Source: Candidatus Saccharibacteria bacterium oral taxon 488
GTDB taxonomy: Bacteria; Patescibacteriota; Saccharimonadia; Saccharimonadales; Saccharimonadaceae
Direction: 5' to 3'
DNA: 32,000 bases
NCBI GenBank assembly: GCA_010202845.1
Contig: CP047921.1
Span: forward strand, 330,001-362,000
Both the position numbers and the translations under genes were made by a program. Below are positions 1 through 8,884 of this stretch, piece by piece (position 1 is the first letter of the stretch; each line of letters starts with the position of its first letter). The notes beneath the pieces are model-generated. The model was given only the letters and a program-made list of their open reading frames with translations, did not search any database and had not been told where the DNA came from.

Positions 1-386
1 GGGCTTGGCGGTGGTGCGGGTTGAGTCGGCTCGTCGTAGATGAGTTCAAGGACGGTCTTGAAGCCGGTTTTGGCGTGTTGCTCGGCGTTCGGGTTTGGTA
101 GCGGCGTGGTGGTGCGCTCGCCGCGTTTATGGATCAGGGCGGTCAAGATATCATCAAGCGGCCGACCGGCAATGATGATCAACATGGTCGAAAAAAGACT
201 GCCGACGATGAAAATCGTACCAGTGATTAGCCAGAACGCTGGGTGACTCCACGAGGTGACGCTGGTGACACTGAGAATCACACCGCCGATGAGCGCTACG
301 GCTGCCTGCCCGGCCAGTGTGCAAGCGAACAACATGCGCCGGTGGTATCGTCGAAAGCTGCAAATTGACGTGCCGCCAGCTATCAT
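1..386 (-). CDS. hypothetical membrane protein, N-terminal part only (gene runs off the left edge)
   Basis: Minus-strand frame is open from ATG 386 (alternative ATG 335) to position 1. It is absent from the ORF track because it has no stop in the window. My translation: MIAGGTSICSFRRYHRRMLFACTLAGQAAVALIGGVILSVTSVTSWSHPAFWLITGTIFIVGSLFSTMLIIIAGRP..., which gives two hydrophobic helices. ATG 386-384 overlaps the TGA 385-383 of the upstream gene (ATGA coupling). Confidence 0.45.
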   Translation of the reverse strand, partial: MIAGGTSICSFRRYHRRMLFACTLAGQAAVALIGGVILSVTSVTSWSHPAFWLITGTIFIVGSLFSTMLIIIAGRPLDDILTALIHKRGERTTTPLPNPNAEQHAKTGFKTVLELIYDEPTQPAPPPS

Positions 387-1522
387 CGCCACGTGACGGA
401 TCCCCGCCCGGGCGTAAAGACGCCGATCCATGTTTGGCCGCGATTCAGGGTAAAGTCTTTACCATTTTCATCAAGCAGTTTGAGCGGTGCGGTGAGACTG
501 TCTTTCTTCCAGGTGGCAGCCGTAGCGGTACCGTTTTGGAAGACGGTCGCCTTGCCCGAGCCAATGGTGACGGTGTCCTCGTAGCCATCTGGCCCGACGC
601 GTCGCTCGAGCGGTGCTTCGAGAGCAATGACGACGCGTGGGGCGATCTGGCCGCCTTCCCGATCGGCGTGCGGCGCGCCAGCTAGCGAGCGTTTATAGGT
701 GTTGGTTGCCTTGTTATAAGCATAGGCGGTGTTGTAGGTGGCGCCGCTAAAATTGAGCTGGATGGTAGTGGCGTTCGGTGTTTCGGCCGGTTTGCCATCA
801 CCGCGCTTGAAGCCGGTAAATGATGACTCTTTGAAGCCTTTAGCGGCGTTGAGGGCATCAAGTTTCTCACCGGATGTGTAGACATTGTGTGGGGCGCGGC
901 GGTCGCTGGCCCGCCAATAACTGCCGCCGTTAAAGAATTGGTCGATGTCGCGGTAGCCGCTGCTGCGGACGGTGTCGAGGGCGTTTGAGCTGCCGCCAAC
1001 ATGGGCGATGGAGGCTTGGTATTGTGCCCCCCAGCTGAGGTAATAGAGGCGAAGGCTACGGACTGGGCCGATGAGGGCTGGCTTGGCGCCCTGATAGACA
1101 GCGAGGAAGCGCGTGATGCCGCCCTCGGCAACCGCCTCGTAGACAATGCCAGCTCTTGATAAGCCGGACTGTGGGCGAGCGTCGGGACTGTTCTCGATCA
1201 TGACACCAGTGACGGGTTGCTTGGTGGCCGCTTCATCAGCGACCTCGAGGCCGGTGAGCGGTGAGTAGAATTTGGTTGGCTTTTTCTTGGCAGTGAAGAA
1301 CGGTAGACCGCCGTCGTGCTGGACAGAATTGATAGCGACGATGAAAATACCAGCGATAACCAGCGAGGCGGTGATGAGGACAATCGCCCACAAGTGCTTT
1401 TTACACCATTGGGCAAACGAGCGTTTTTTGGCCGGGGCGTTTGGTGATGCCGGCTCAAGTTTAGCTGATTTTACCGTCGGTTTTTTGGCCGCGGTGGCTG
1501 GGCGAGGATTCTTGATGTGCAT
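383..1522 (-). CDS. DUF3048-family (YerB-like) membrane-anchored protein
   Basis: 379-aa ORF with a basic N-terminus and one TM helix (WAIVLITASLVIAGIFIVAI). Blocks PVTGVMIENSPDARPQSGL, GIVYEAVAEGGITRFLAVY and PVRSLRLYY match DUF3048 as I remember it. Confidence 0.75.
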   Translation of the reverse strand: MHIKNPRPATAAKKPTVKSAKLEPASPNAPAKKRSFAQWCKKHLWAIVLITASLVIAGIFIVAINSVQHDGGLPFFTAKKKPTKFYSPLTGLEVADEAATKQPVTGVMIENSPDARPQSGLSRAGIVYEAVAEGGITRFLAVYQGAKPALIGPVRSLRLYYLSWGAQYQASIAHVGGSSNALDTVRSSGYRDIDQFFNGGSYWRASDRRAPHNVYTSGEKLDALNAAKGFKESSFTGFKRGDGKPAETPNATTIQLNFSGATYNTAYAYNKATNTYKRSLAGAPHADREGGQIAPRVVIALEAPLERRVGPDGYEDTVTIGSGKATVFQNGTATAATWKKDSLTAPLKLLDENGKDFTLNRGQTWIGVFTPGRGSVTWR

Positions 1523-1528
1523 GGGTTT

Positions 1529-1537
1529 AGTATAGCA
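1529..1537 (-). promoter_or_regulatory. extended -10 promoter TGCTATACT, 6 nt from ATG 1522 (leaderless)
   Basis: The reverse complement of 1529-1537 reads TGCTATACT. Only GGGTTT separates it from the start codon. Confidence 0.55.
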
Positions 1538-1585
1538 TAAGCGACATGCGGTGGTAAACGGAGCAGTGTGCTGGCCAGTTGGTGT

Positions 1586-3046
1586 CTATGGCGTAGCAAT
1601 TACTGATAGACTCACGCCCGCCGAGAACGCGGTAATTCCCCGCTCAAGCCGCGCCAGCGTGCGCTCGCGGCCGATCAGCGCCAGCGTGTCATTCAGCTGC
1701 GGGCTAAACGGCGCCCAGGTGATGGCGATGCGGATGAGACTAAAGAGAATGCCGGGCTTTTGGCCTGTGATTTCCAGCAGTTCGTTTAGCCGAGTTTGAA
1801 TTGTGTCTGGTGTCCAATCGGTGAGCGTGGTGAGTTCGTGGTGGGCAGTCTCTAGCAGCCTGCGCCGTTCGCTCTCAGATAACTTCTTGAGCTGCTTGTT
1901 GCCGTCAATAAGTTCCATGTTAATCTCGGGCTCCGCAAAAAAGTAGCCAAATCCACCGAGGTCACGCAGGGTTTTTACGCGGTCTTGCGCCAGCGCTAGG
2001 ACGCGCCGGCGATACTCCTCGTCTGCCCCAACTGCGCTGTCCGGCCAAAAATCATTAACCCGCTCGGCCAAATCATCCAGCGTCAGCGAGCGGATAAACT
2101 GCCCATTCGTCCACAGCAGCCGCTTTTCGTCAAAGCGAGCGCCCGAGCGCTGCACGCGGCTGAGGCTGAATTTGGCGGTCAATTCGCTCATGGTGAAGGT
2201 CTCTTGCTCGGTGCCGTCGTTCCAGCCCATGGTGGCGATAAAGCTATCCAGCGCCTCTGGCAGATAGCCATCACGGATATAATCCAGCACGTCTTTGGCG
2301 CCGTCGCGCTTGCCTAATTTCTTGTTACCCTGCTCGTTCATGATGTGTGGCAGATGCGCGAACACGGGCCGCGGCAAGCCCAGTGCTTCGTAGAGTGCCA
2401 GATAATTTGGCATGCTGGAGATGAATTCTTGGCCGCGAATGACGTGAGTGATATTCATCTCGGCGTCGTCGATGATGTGGGCAAAATTGTAGGTCGGGTA
2501 GCCGTCAGACTTGATGAGGATGAAGTCGTCAACGACCTCGGGGCTGGTGGTGACGTCACCCATGACCTCGTCGTGATAGGTGTAGCTTTTGGGCTCAGCC
2601 TTGAACCGCAGCGGCGTGGTGCCATCCCAAGCTGGTGGATTGTCGGGGCGATGGTCGCGGTAGCGAAAGGCACGCTTCTCGGCCTGAGCGGCGTCACGAA
2701 ACGCTTGGATTTGCTCGGGCGTGTACGGATCAGCGTAAGCGCGGTCGGCGTCAATTAATTTTTGTGCCCACTGGCGGTAATGCTCGAGCCGCTGGCTTTG
2801 GACGTACGGTCCGTGTGGCCCACCAATGTCTGGCCCTTCGTCGTAGTCGAGGTGCAGCGCCTTGAGGCTGGCGATGAGATGCTCGCGGCTGCCGGCAACT
2901 TCGCGGGCCTTGTCAGTGTCTTCGAGGCGCAGGATAAATTGGCCGCCGGCCTGCCGGGCGACGAGAAAAGCAAATAATGCCGTGCGAATGCCGCCAACGT
3001 GTAAAAACCCTGTTGGCGAGGGTGCGAAACGAGTGCGTGTAGTCAT
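1586..3046 (-). CDS. gltX: glutamate--tRNA ligase
   Basis: HIGH-region PSPTGFLHVGGIRTALF follows directly after the Met at 3046, and a KMSKS-type KLGKRDG is present. The ORF-track start (3193) was trimmed by 49 codons because that extension overlaps the neighbouring gene end and the promoter. Confidence 0.93.
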   Translation of the reverse strand: MTTRTRFAPSPTGFLHVGGIRTALFAFLVARQAGGQFILRLEDTDKAREVAGSREHLIASLKALHLDYDEGPDIGGPHGPYVQSQRLEHYRQWAQKLIDADRAYADPYTPEQIQAFRDAAQAEKRAFRYRDHRPDNPPAWDGTTPLRFKAEPKSYTYHDEVMGDVTTSPEVVDDFILIKSDGYPTYNFAHIIDDAEMNITHVIRGQEFISSMPNYLALYEALGLPRPVFAHLPHIMNEQGNKKLGKRDGAKDVLDYIRDGYLPEALDSFIATMGWNDGTEQETFTMSELTAKFSLSRVQRSGARFDEKRLLWTNGQFIRSLTLDDLAERVNDFWPDSAVGADEEYRRRVLALAQDRVKTLRDLGGFGYFFAEPEINMELIDGNKQLKKLSESERRRLLETAHHELTTLTDWTPDTIQTRLNELLEITGQKPGILFSLIRIAITWAPFSPQLNDTLALIGRERTLARLERGITAFSAGVSLSVIATP

Positions 3047-3052
3047 GGGGTG

Positions 3053-3061
3053 ATTATAGCA
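3053..3061 (-). promoter_or_regulatory. extended -10 promoter TGCTATAAT, 6 nt from gltX ATG (leaderless)
   Basis: The reverse complement of 3053-3061 reads TGCTATAAT, followed by CACCCC and then ATG 3046. Confidence 0.6.
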
Positions 3062-3113
3062 TGAGGCCGCAGCGCTGGTAAACGTGAGGGGTGTGCGGTG
3101 CTTACGGGGCTGA

Positions 3114-4058
3114 TTATAAACTAGTGGCAATTTTGGTGATCTGCTCGCTTGACAATGCCCCGCCGAGGGTGATTTGGTAGAGGACGCCGCCATTGATCCA
3201 GCTGGCCGTCCGGTCGGTGCTGTAAATAGTCAGACCGCCGGCGGTGGTGGTCTGGACGTCGCCGCCGTCGGCGGTCAGGGTCTCTTTGAGGGCGGCGGAA
3301 TTGAGCGAACTTTTTTGCTGGGTGATGGTGTAAGATTGGCCGCCGTCAGCGTAGGCGAATTTCATGCGGACTTCCCCGCTCTTGAAGGTAATCGGGCCGC
3401 TGAGGGCATAGCCGGTCGGTCGATAGCCGGGGTATTTGGCGTTAACACCAGATTGGATGGCGGCGATACGGGTGGAGATGTTAGGCATGCCAAGATACGT
3501 AAAATAACCACCGATCAGCATGATAGCCAAGCCGACGGAGGCGACTTGCAGCCAGCGACCGATGCGGCTCTTTGGTTTTTTAGCGCGGCGCGGTGCTTTT
3601 TGCGGCGTGGTTGCACGCTGCAGGGCTTCGGTGATGGCTTCATTTTTGAGAACGGCGGCTGGCTTGGGTGCGAGGATCGCCGGATGCTGTTTGGCTGGAG
3701 CTTGGTTTGGCTGGATGATACGAGTCGAGTGATGAGGCGGTGTGGTCGGACTGCGGCGAGTTGCAGTTCGGGTGGTCTGATGAGGCTGCTCGGCAGCACG
3801 AGCCTGGGCGCGCACGACAGTCGGGTGCGGTTCGGCTGGACGGTCGCGTTTGGTTGGTTGTGGCGGGATGGTTGGCGCGGACGGTGCAAATTTATTGACA
3901 TGAACGCTCATCGGGACTGTAGTGTTTCGTGTGACGTCAGGACGGCTGGCCAGGCGACGCTTGGCGTGCGACGGCGCAGCAACATGGCGGCGACTGAGCG
4001 TCGTTGACTTTTGACCGGCAGTTTTATGGACGGTTTTATGGATGATTTGTTTGTTCAT
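3114..4058 (-). CDS. hypothetical single-pass membrane protein with Pro-rich spacer and DUF4367-like C-terminal domain
   Basis: 314-aa ORF, with GAGGGG upstream of ATG 4058. It has a basic N-terminus, a P/T/A-rich region, a TM helix (WLQVASVGLAIMLIGGYFTYLGM) and a beta-rich C-terminal domain of about 110 aa (GYRPTGYALSGPITF...WINGGVLYQI). The domain name is recalled from memory only. Confidence 0.6.
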   Translation of the reverse strand: MNKQIIHKTVHKTAGQKSTTLSRRHVAAPSHAKRRLASRPDVTRNTTVPMSVHVNKFAPSAPTIPPQPTKRDRPAEPHPTVVRAQARAAEQPHQTTRTATRRSPTTPPHHSTRIIQPNQAPAKQHPAILAPKPAAVLKNEAITEALQRATTPQKAPRRAKKPKSRIGRWLQVASVGLAIMLIGGYFTYLGMPNISTRIAAIQSGVNAKYPGYRPTGYALSGPITFKSGEVRMKFAYADGGQSYTITQQKSSLNSAALKETLTADGGDVQTTTAGGLTIYSTDRTASWINGGVLYQITLGGALSSEQITKIATSL

Positions 4059-4129
4059 GAACCCCTCGTATTCCTAATGCTTATTGTTTATTGTACAAAG
4101 AGGACATGCTTTTTGCAAGGGGCGAAATG

Positions 4130-4138
4130 TGGTATAAT
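4130..4138 (+). promoter_or_regulatory. extended -10 promoter TGGTATAAT, 8 nt from ATG 4147
   Basis: Reads TGGTATAAT at 4130-4138. No SD-like sequence lies in the 8-nt gap. Confidence 0.55.
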
Positions 4139-4146
4139 CTCTCATT

Positions 4147-5634
4147 ATGTATCGAAAGCAAAAGCGCGGCCTAGAACTTGCTCGCAGGACGCTGATCTAC
4201 ACAATTATGGTACTGGCGGTATGTACGCTGGCATTTATTTTGATTTTTCATACGCTTGGCTATCAGCTAGATCTCAAGACACAGACAGTTGAGCAGCGGG
4301 CGCTGGTGCAGTATGATTCGCGGCCGCAAGGCGCACGGGTGTCCGTCGATGGCATGGAGCTCGGCAAGACGCATATCAAGGGCATGCTTCCCGAGGGGCA
4401 GCATCAATTTTCCATGCGGCTGGATGGCTATGACGAGTGGCGCAAAGTTGTCGAGGTCAAGGCCGGCACGCTGACCTGGCTATCATACGCGCGGCTAGTG
4501 CCGAGCGAGCGAGTGGTGAGCTCGGTCAAGGAATTTTCGTCGCTGGCCTCGGTGCGATTTTCGCCAAATTGGCGGTTCATGCTGGGTGTGATGCAAGCGA
4601 CCGATGCGCCAAAGATCGTTTGGGGCGATTTGCGCGATTCGGATAAGCCAAAGTTTAATGAGGTGACGCTGGATACGTCGGTGGTGGCAGGCTATGGCGG
4701 TCAGTCGACGGCGCATGCGCTCAAGATTGTTGAGTGGGATTCCGGTAATCGCTACGCCATTCTCAAACACACCTACGTGGTCGAAGGCCAAGGCGAAAAG
4801 GTCCAGTGGCTGAAAGTCGACCGCGAGAATAAGACAGTGGTTGATATCGCGAAAGTGATCGGGCTGGAGCTAAAAGACGTGCGCTTCCTCGGTGAGAGCG
4901 GCAACGAACTGTATGTACTACAATCGAGCGGTGAACTGCGGCGAGCGGACTTAAACGCGGCGACGATTTCTGCGCCGCTGATCAGTCATGTGCAATCGTT
5001 CTCGGTGTATGGTACGGATTATATCACCTACGTCGGGACGAATGGCACGAGCAAGCTGCAGCTGGCGGGTATTTGGCGTAAGGACTGGACTGAGCCAGTG
5101 GTCGTGCGGCGACAGACTGAGGCGGAGGCTTCGACGCCGTTGATGATCAAGTTCTCGCGCTATGATAATAAAGATGTGCTGGTGGTTGGCGTTGGCTCGG
5201 CGGTGACGCTGCACATGGGCGCGGCGCTGGACGGGTCGAGCTCGTCGGCATCAAAATTACTCAGCCGCGTCAAGTCGATCACCGCCGGCGAGCAACTGAC
5301 TGAACTAGATCTGAGCGGTACCGGGCGGTTTGTCTTGATGCGAACGGGGGCTGGTTTTATGAGTTATGATATTGAACGGCAGTCGATGTCGCACGATACG
5401 GCGCTGCCGACGGGGACGGTGCTTGACTGGCTGGATGATTATCACGTGTGGAGTGTTGAGGGTGGCAAGCTGGTGATGCGCGAGTTCGACGGCGCTAATC
5501 AGTCAACGATGCTCGAGGCCAGCGAAGGGTTTGATGCGTCACTGTCGCACGACGGCGACTGGTTGTATGCTTTCCGTCGAGCCGATAACGGCACGGTGAC
5601 GATGTCGCGGCTGCGAATGACGATCAAGCGCTAA
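4147..5634 (+). CDS. PEGA domain-containing membrane protein
   Basis: 495-aa ORF with an N-terminal TM helix (LIYTIMVLAVCTLAFILIF). This is followed by a PEGA-type segment, RPQGARVSVDGMELGKTHIKGMLPEGQHQFSMRLDGYDEW. Confidence 0.75.
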   Translation: MYRKQKRGLELARRTLIYTIMVLAVCTLAFILIFHTLGYQLDLKTQTVEQRALVQYDSRPQGARVSVDGMELGKTHIKGMLPEGQHQFSMRLDGYDEWRKVVEVKAGTLTWLSYARLVPSERVVSSVKEFSSLASVRFSPNWRFMLGVMQATDAPKIVWGDLRDSDKPKFNEVTLDTSVVAGYGGQSTAHALKIVEWDSGNRYAILKHTYVVEGQGEKVQWLKVDRENKTVVDIAKVIGLELKDVRFLGESGNELYVLQSSGELRRADLNAATISAPLISHVQSFSVYGTDYITYVGTNGTSKLQLAGIWRKDWTEPVVVRRQTEAEASTPLMIKFSRYDNKDVLVVGVGSAVTLHMGAALDGSSSSASKLLSRVKSITAGEQLTELDLSGTGRFVLMRTGAGFMSYDIERQSMSHDTALPTGTVLDWLDDYHVWSVEGGKLVMREFDGANQSTMLEASEGFDASLSHDGDWLYAFRRADNGTVTMSRLRMTIKR

Positions 5635-5659
5635 GTGCTAATTTGAATCTTATTGTGCT

Positions 5660-7096
5660 TTATTCTTTGGCGCCGAATAATCGCTCAAGCAGTGTTGGCG
5701 ATGGCTTACCCGGGATAGCGGCGGATCGAGTGGTGACTGGCTCGGTCGATTTGGTAGCACCAGATGGGTCGGGGCTGATTTGCTCGGCAAAGACCAGCAG
5801 GCGTTTTTCGGCGGTGCCAAGCGGTACACAGCTGATCAAAGTGAGCATCGGCTTATCGGTTTGAATTTGGACACGGCTGACCTCGTTTGGCAGGACGACT
5901 TCTTTTTTGGTGACGGCGTAGGTGTAGCGCTTGCCCTGGTAGTGCATGTAGATGATGTCGTCTTTGACGAGCTTTTCGTTTTGGGCAAAGACAAACTTAT
6001 AGTCACCGGCAGCGAAGGCATCGTTAGAAGAGTGTGCCGAGAAGACGGCATTACCAACTTGGCCAGGCACGGCGTTAGCGCCAGCGATCGCAAAGTGAGC
6101 AGCGCCCTTCTCCATTGCTTTCATTTGAGCGTTATGGTCGGCCGCGTTTACGCCATAAATGACCGGCACATCAACGTTGAGCTTGGGGATGATCAGCCGT
6201 GGGTCGGGGCCAACAGCCGCGCTGCTTGCTGGATTAACGATGATGTTTTGTGGATCAACATTGCCCGGGGTGGTGTAGGCGGCGGCGATACCGAACAGAA
6301 CGCGGTTGTACTGCAAAAAGACGAATGCTAGCAGCACCAGTACGCCTGCCAGTGCCGGGATGAAATGGCGTGACTTGGTGACTTTTTTGGCCTTGTCGCG
6401 GACGGTCTGCTGGATCTGGGCACGGAGGCGCTTGATGGGGCTTTGGGCGGACAACATATCGGTCATGGCCGGCGCGGCAGCGGTGTTGGCGTCGCGAGCA
6501 GACTTGACCAGCCGGTCAAATTCCTGTTGCTTTTGATCAAGGTGCGAGGCATAATAGCGCTCGTAGTACATCTGGTAATATTTTTGCCACGAGCTGTGGT
6601 ACTGCTTCCACTGATCGGCGGTGATTTGCGGCTGATGAGTGGGAGTTTTGGCCGGGGCGGTCGGTTGCGGCTGTGTGGTTGGTGGCGCGGCGGTGGGCTT
6701 GTCCGTTGACTTGTTCGCTGGTTGGGGCTGGGGTGACTCGGTGATGTGAGCGGGATGAGCGGGAGATGACGCTGCAATCGGCTGGGTCGGTTGTGCTGCC
6801 GGTGGCGCGGTGTTCAGGGCGTGCGGGCTTGGCGTGCGCGGTGGCGGCGTGACAGTGGTGCGCTCGGTCGGTTCTGGATGTGGCTGCTCTATAGGGCGCG
6901 GTTGAACCACCGGTGTGGTGTGTGGCGTTGATTCGGTGCCGCGACCGCCGTAAATAGCATTGATTTGATCACGAATAACATTGGCGGCAGCAGCTTGCGA
7001 GCCGGAATAATCACGTGGCGGCGGCGTAAGCGGACGAGGTTGACTCGAGATTGGCGCTCCCACTCGCCTGCCAAACTGATCGTCATGAGGATTCAT
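5660..7096 (-). CDS. sortase-family transpeptidase with Pro-rich N-terminal region
   Basis: The C-terminal catalytic domain has His (FSAHSSN), a TLxTC-type Cys (LTLISCVP) and Arg (KRLLVFAE). One TM helix (FIPALAGVLVLLAFVFL). Start is ATG 7096, or GTG 7099 as in the ORF track. Confidence 0.8.
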   Translation of the reverse strand: MNPHDDQFGRRVGAPISSQPRPLTPPPRDYSGSQAAAANVIRDQINAIYGGRGTESTPHTTPVVQPRPIEQPHPEPTERTTVTPPPRTPSPHALNTAPPAAQPTQPIAASSPAHPAHITESPQPQPANKSTDKPTAAPPTTQPQPTAPAKTPTHQPQITADQWKQYHSSWQKYYQMYYERYYASHLDQKQQEFDRLVKSARDANTAAAPAMTDMLSAQSPIKRLRAQIQQTVRDKAKKVTKSRHFIPALAGVLVLLAFVFLQYNRVLFGIAAAYTTPGNVDPQNIIVNPASSAAVGPDPRLIIPKLNVDVPVIYGVNAADHNAQMKAMEKGAAHFAIAGANAVPGQVGNAVFSAHSSNDAFAAGDYKFVFAQNEKLVKDDIIYMHYQGKRYTYAVTKKEVVLPNEVSRVQIQTDKPMLTLISCVPLGTAEKRLLVFAEQISPDPSGATKSTEPVTTRSAAIPGKPSPTLLERLFGAKE

Positions 7097-7166
7097 CACC
7101 TCTTATTATACGGGAAAACGCCGGAAAGATAAAGCATTCGGGCTCTTGCTGATGTGGTAGCGGCCG

Positions 7167-7175
7167 TGGTATAAT
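7167..7175 (+). promoter_or_regulatory. extended -10 promoter TGGTATAAT upstream of tRNA-Leu
   Basis: TGGTATAAT lies at 7167-7175, with a possible -35 TTGCTG at 7146-7151 (18-nt spacer). The tRNA starts 31 nt downstream. Confidence 0.5.
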
Positions 7176-7206
7176 TACCCTCGGATGACTTGGGGCGTTC
7201 TCTCGT

Positions 7207-7293
7207 GCCGCGGTGGCGGAATTGGTAGACGCGCTAGACTCAAAATCTGGTGAGCAATCGCTCGTGCCGGTTCAAGTCCGGCCCGCGGTACCA
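7207..7293 (+). tRNA. tRNA-Leu (anticodon CAA), CCA encoded
   Basis: Hand-folded cloverleaf. Acceptor stem is GCCGCGG/CCGCGGT (G1-U72). The D region GGCGGAATTGGTAGACGC is typical of Leu. Anticodon arm is CTAGA-CTCAAAA-TCTGG. There is a long variable arm, T-arm GCCGG-TTCAAGT-CCGGC, and discriminator A followed by CCA. Confidence 0.93.
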
Positions 7294-7322
7294 GAGGTCG
7301 CCTCACAATTCATTTAATTTTT

Positions 7323-7349
7323 ATTCCCGTTTTTGTAGCGGGAGTTTTA
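7323..7349 (+). terminator. weak intrinsic terminator after tRNA-Leu
   Basis: Stem ATTCCCG / CGGGAGT (7 bp including one G-U), 9-nt loop, followed by TTTTA. Confidence 0.35.
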
Positions 7350-7379
7350 TTGATGGCAATACTTCACAACAAGGTAGCG

Positions 7380-8030
7380 CTAGGGACGGGAGTGGTGGCT
7401 ATTCCTTCTGTTTCTTTGGTCTCGTTGTGGCGGAGGTGTATGGTCGGTAGCTCGTGGAATAAAGTGGCCTTCATTACCAAAAATGAACTTGATAAAGGGT
7501 TTTTCGTCAAACTCTTTACCCAAGAGGTTGTTCTGCGTGATGCCGCCAACGATGATGGTTGGGTCTGTTGGTAGCATATTTTCTGTCCAGTGGATTACTT
7601 GTCGTCGACTAACTCCTCTAGGAATCTTGGCAATGGTGACGTGTGGCTTGAATTTTTTATGGTGAGGAGTGGTAGCCCCTGCTTCTATAAATGCTTGCTT
7701 GATACATCGTCTTTCTTCCCGCGGTAAAGTTTGGCTGAGGTCGTTGAATACCAGAGTGAGTGCACACCCTCCTAACATACGAGCACCAACTACGTTGAGC
7801 TCAAGGCTCTTTTGTGATTGCTCTGGTAGATGAATGCGCAGTCTAGATGGATGTAGGACCTTTGGGTATTCTCGTGCGCCTAGGATAGTAAGATGACGCT
7901 CCTCGGGTTGCGTTGGTTTTATGGGGTTGTCATTCAGTCTACTAAATCGTTCCTGTATCTCTTGAGTAAAATCTGGATCTGACAGAGGAAATTCAGCCAC
8001 AGGATGGTAAATCAGGCATTTTCGTGACAT
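7380..8030 (-). CDS. 2H phosphoesterase superfamily protein (LigT/ThpR-like RNA 2',3'-cyclic phosphodiesterase / 2'-5' ligase fold)
   Basis: ATG 8030 has AAGGA 5 nt upstream, so the ORF-track TTG at 8069 is less likely. Two H-x-T-x motifs (RHLTILG and PHVTIAK) lie 84 residues apart, the hallmark spacing of 2H enzymes. GC is low (about 42% on a sampled line). Confidence 0.6.
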   Translation of the reverse strand: MSRKCLIYHPVAEFPLSDPDFTQEIQERFSRLNDNPIKPTQPEERHLTILGAREYPKVLHPSRLRIHLPEQSQKSLELNVVGARMLGGCALTLVFNDLSQTLPREERRCIKQAFIEAGATTPHHKKFKPHVTIAKIPRGVSRRQVIHWTENMLPTDPTIIVGGITQNNLLGKEFDEKPFIKFIFGNEGHFIPRATDHTPPPQRDQRNRRNSHHSRP

Positions 8031-8092
8031 AGCTATCCTTGTTATACCGCGCAGTTTATAAATCGTCAAGAGCTGGTGGGAACCGCCCTGGT

Positions 8093-8884
8093 TTATACGC
8101 TAGCGGCCATGCTGGTGCTGATGGCTGCCAGCGGTGCCTCCGGCGACCACAAGAGGTAGCTGGCGGCGCGCGCAGCGGTTTGTCCGCGCCAAAGCTGCAT
8201 TGGCTCGGCCCAGGCTTGGGTGATGACTTCCCCGCCCCGTGCGATGACCAATTGATCGGCGTGAAAGACTGCTAGCGTGACTGGATAGGTGATGGTGAAT
8301 TTGTGCAGCGCCTCGACTAGTTGCGCCAGCTGCATGCTGAATGTCAGGATTTTTGGATAGTAGACGCTGCGAAACAGTTTCTGTACTTGGGCGAACGAGG
8401 CGACAAAGACGACGTGGGGATTATCGAGGATGGTGGGAAAGCTGTTTTGCACCAGGTCGATGGCGTCGCGGCTCAGTACGATCGGCCGGTGGTACTGGCG
8501 CACAAACTGCTCGTACAGCGCGGCCGTTTCGCTATTTTTGCCGGCGTCGCCGATCAGCAGCATGACGTTAGCCCACTCGCCGAGGGCGGCTAATTCGCCT
8601 GCTGCCGCGCCACTGAGGCCGCCGGACGGATTGGTCGGCGCAAAGAGAACGTCGGTCATCGCTGCTGGCACGGTGCGGCGCAATGTGTCGGGTAGCACGA
8701 CTCGCACTTCGCCTGCCCCGGCGTCACGTGCTGCCTGGTAGCTGGTTGCCACCGCCGCAAAGCCGAGTTTGTTGCCGCCAACGATCCCCAGCCGCCCGGC
8801 CTGGTCGCGGCGCTCTGGCCGATTCCATTCAACGTCGGGAAACAGCGGCTTAGATTTTTCCTGCTTGCGCCAAAAAGTATCCAT
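8093..8884 (-). CDS. YjeF_C / NAD(P)H-hydrate dehydratase-like (ribokinase-fold) protein, divergent
   Basis: Start was trimmed to ATG 8884 (MDTFWRK...) because the ORF-track extension lies inside the upstream HAD gene. The pattern GRLGIVGGNK...AARDAGAGEVRVVLP...LLIGDAG...IVLSRDAIDL...VASFAQ resembles the carbohydrate-kinase YjeF C-terminal domain. The GSGD-type motif is not evident. Confidence 0.5.
   Translation of the reverse strand: MDTFWRKQEKSKPLFPDVEWNRPERRDQAGRLGIVGGNKLGFAAVATSYQAARDAGAGEVRVVLPDTLRRTVPAAMTDVLFAPTNPSGGLSGAAAGELAALGEWANVMLLIGDAGKNSETAALYEQFVRQYHRPIVLSRDAIDLVQNSFPTILDNPHVVFVASFAQVQKLFRSVYYPKILTFSMQLAQLVEALHKFTITYPVTLAVFHADQLVIARGGEVITQAWAEPMQLWRGQTAARAASYLLWSPEAPLAAISTSMAASV

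Noticed and set aside
3047-3193. N-terminal 49-codon extension of the gltX ORF given in the ORF track (start 3193)
   Set aside because: The extension overlaps the 3' end of the neighbouring gene and the TGCTATAAT promoter. The conserved GluRS sequence starts right after Met 3046.
3174-4007. Long antisense ORFs, such as 3174-4007 (+), 682-1146 (-), 13113-13829 (+), 18078-18593 (-), 21648-22385 (-) and 23092-23541 (-)
   Set aside because: These are shadow ORFs opposite well-supported genes in GC-rich DNA. Their composition is Arg/Ala/Gly/Ser-rich low complexity, with no motifs and no plausible start context.
6640-7000. Pro-rich N-terminal regions of the sortase and of the 3114-4058 protein as further copies of the intragenic element
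   Set aside because: They have no nucleotide similarity to the 76-nt core and no hairpin series. They look like ordinary Pro/Thr-rich cell-surface linkers.
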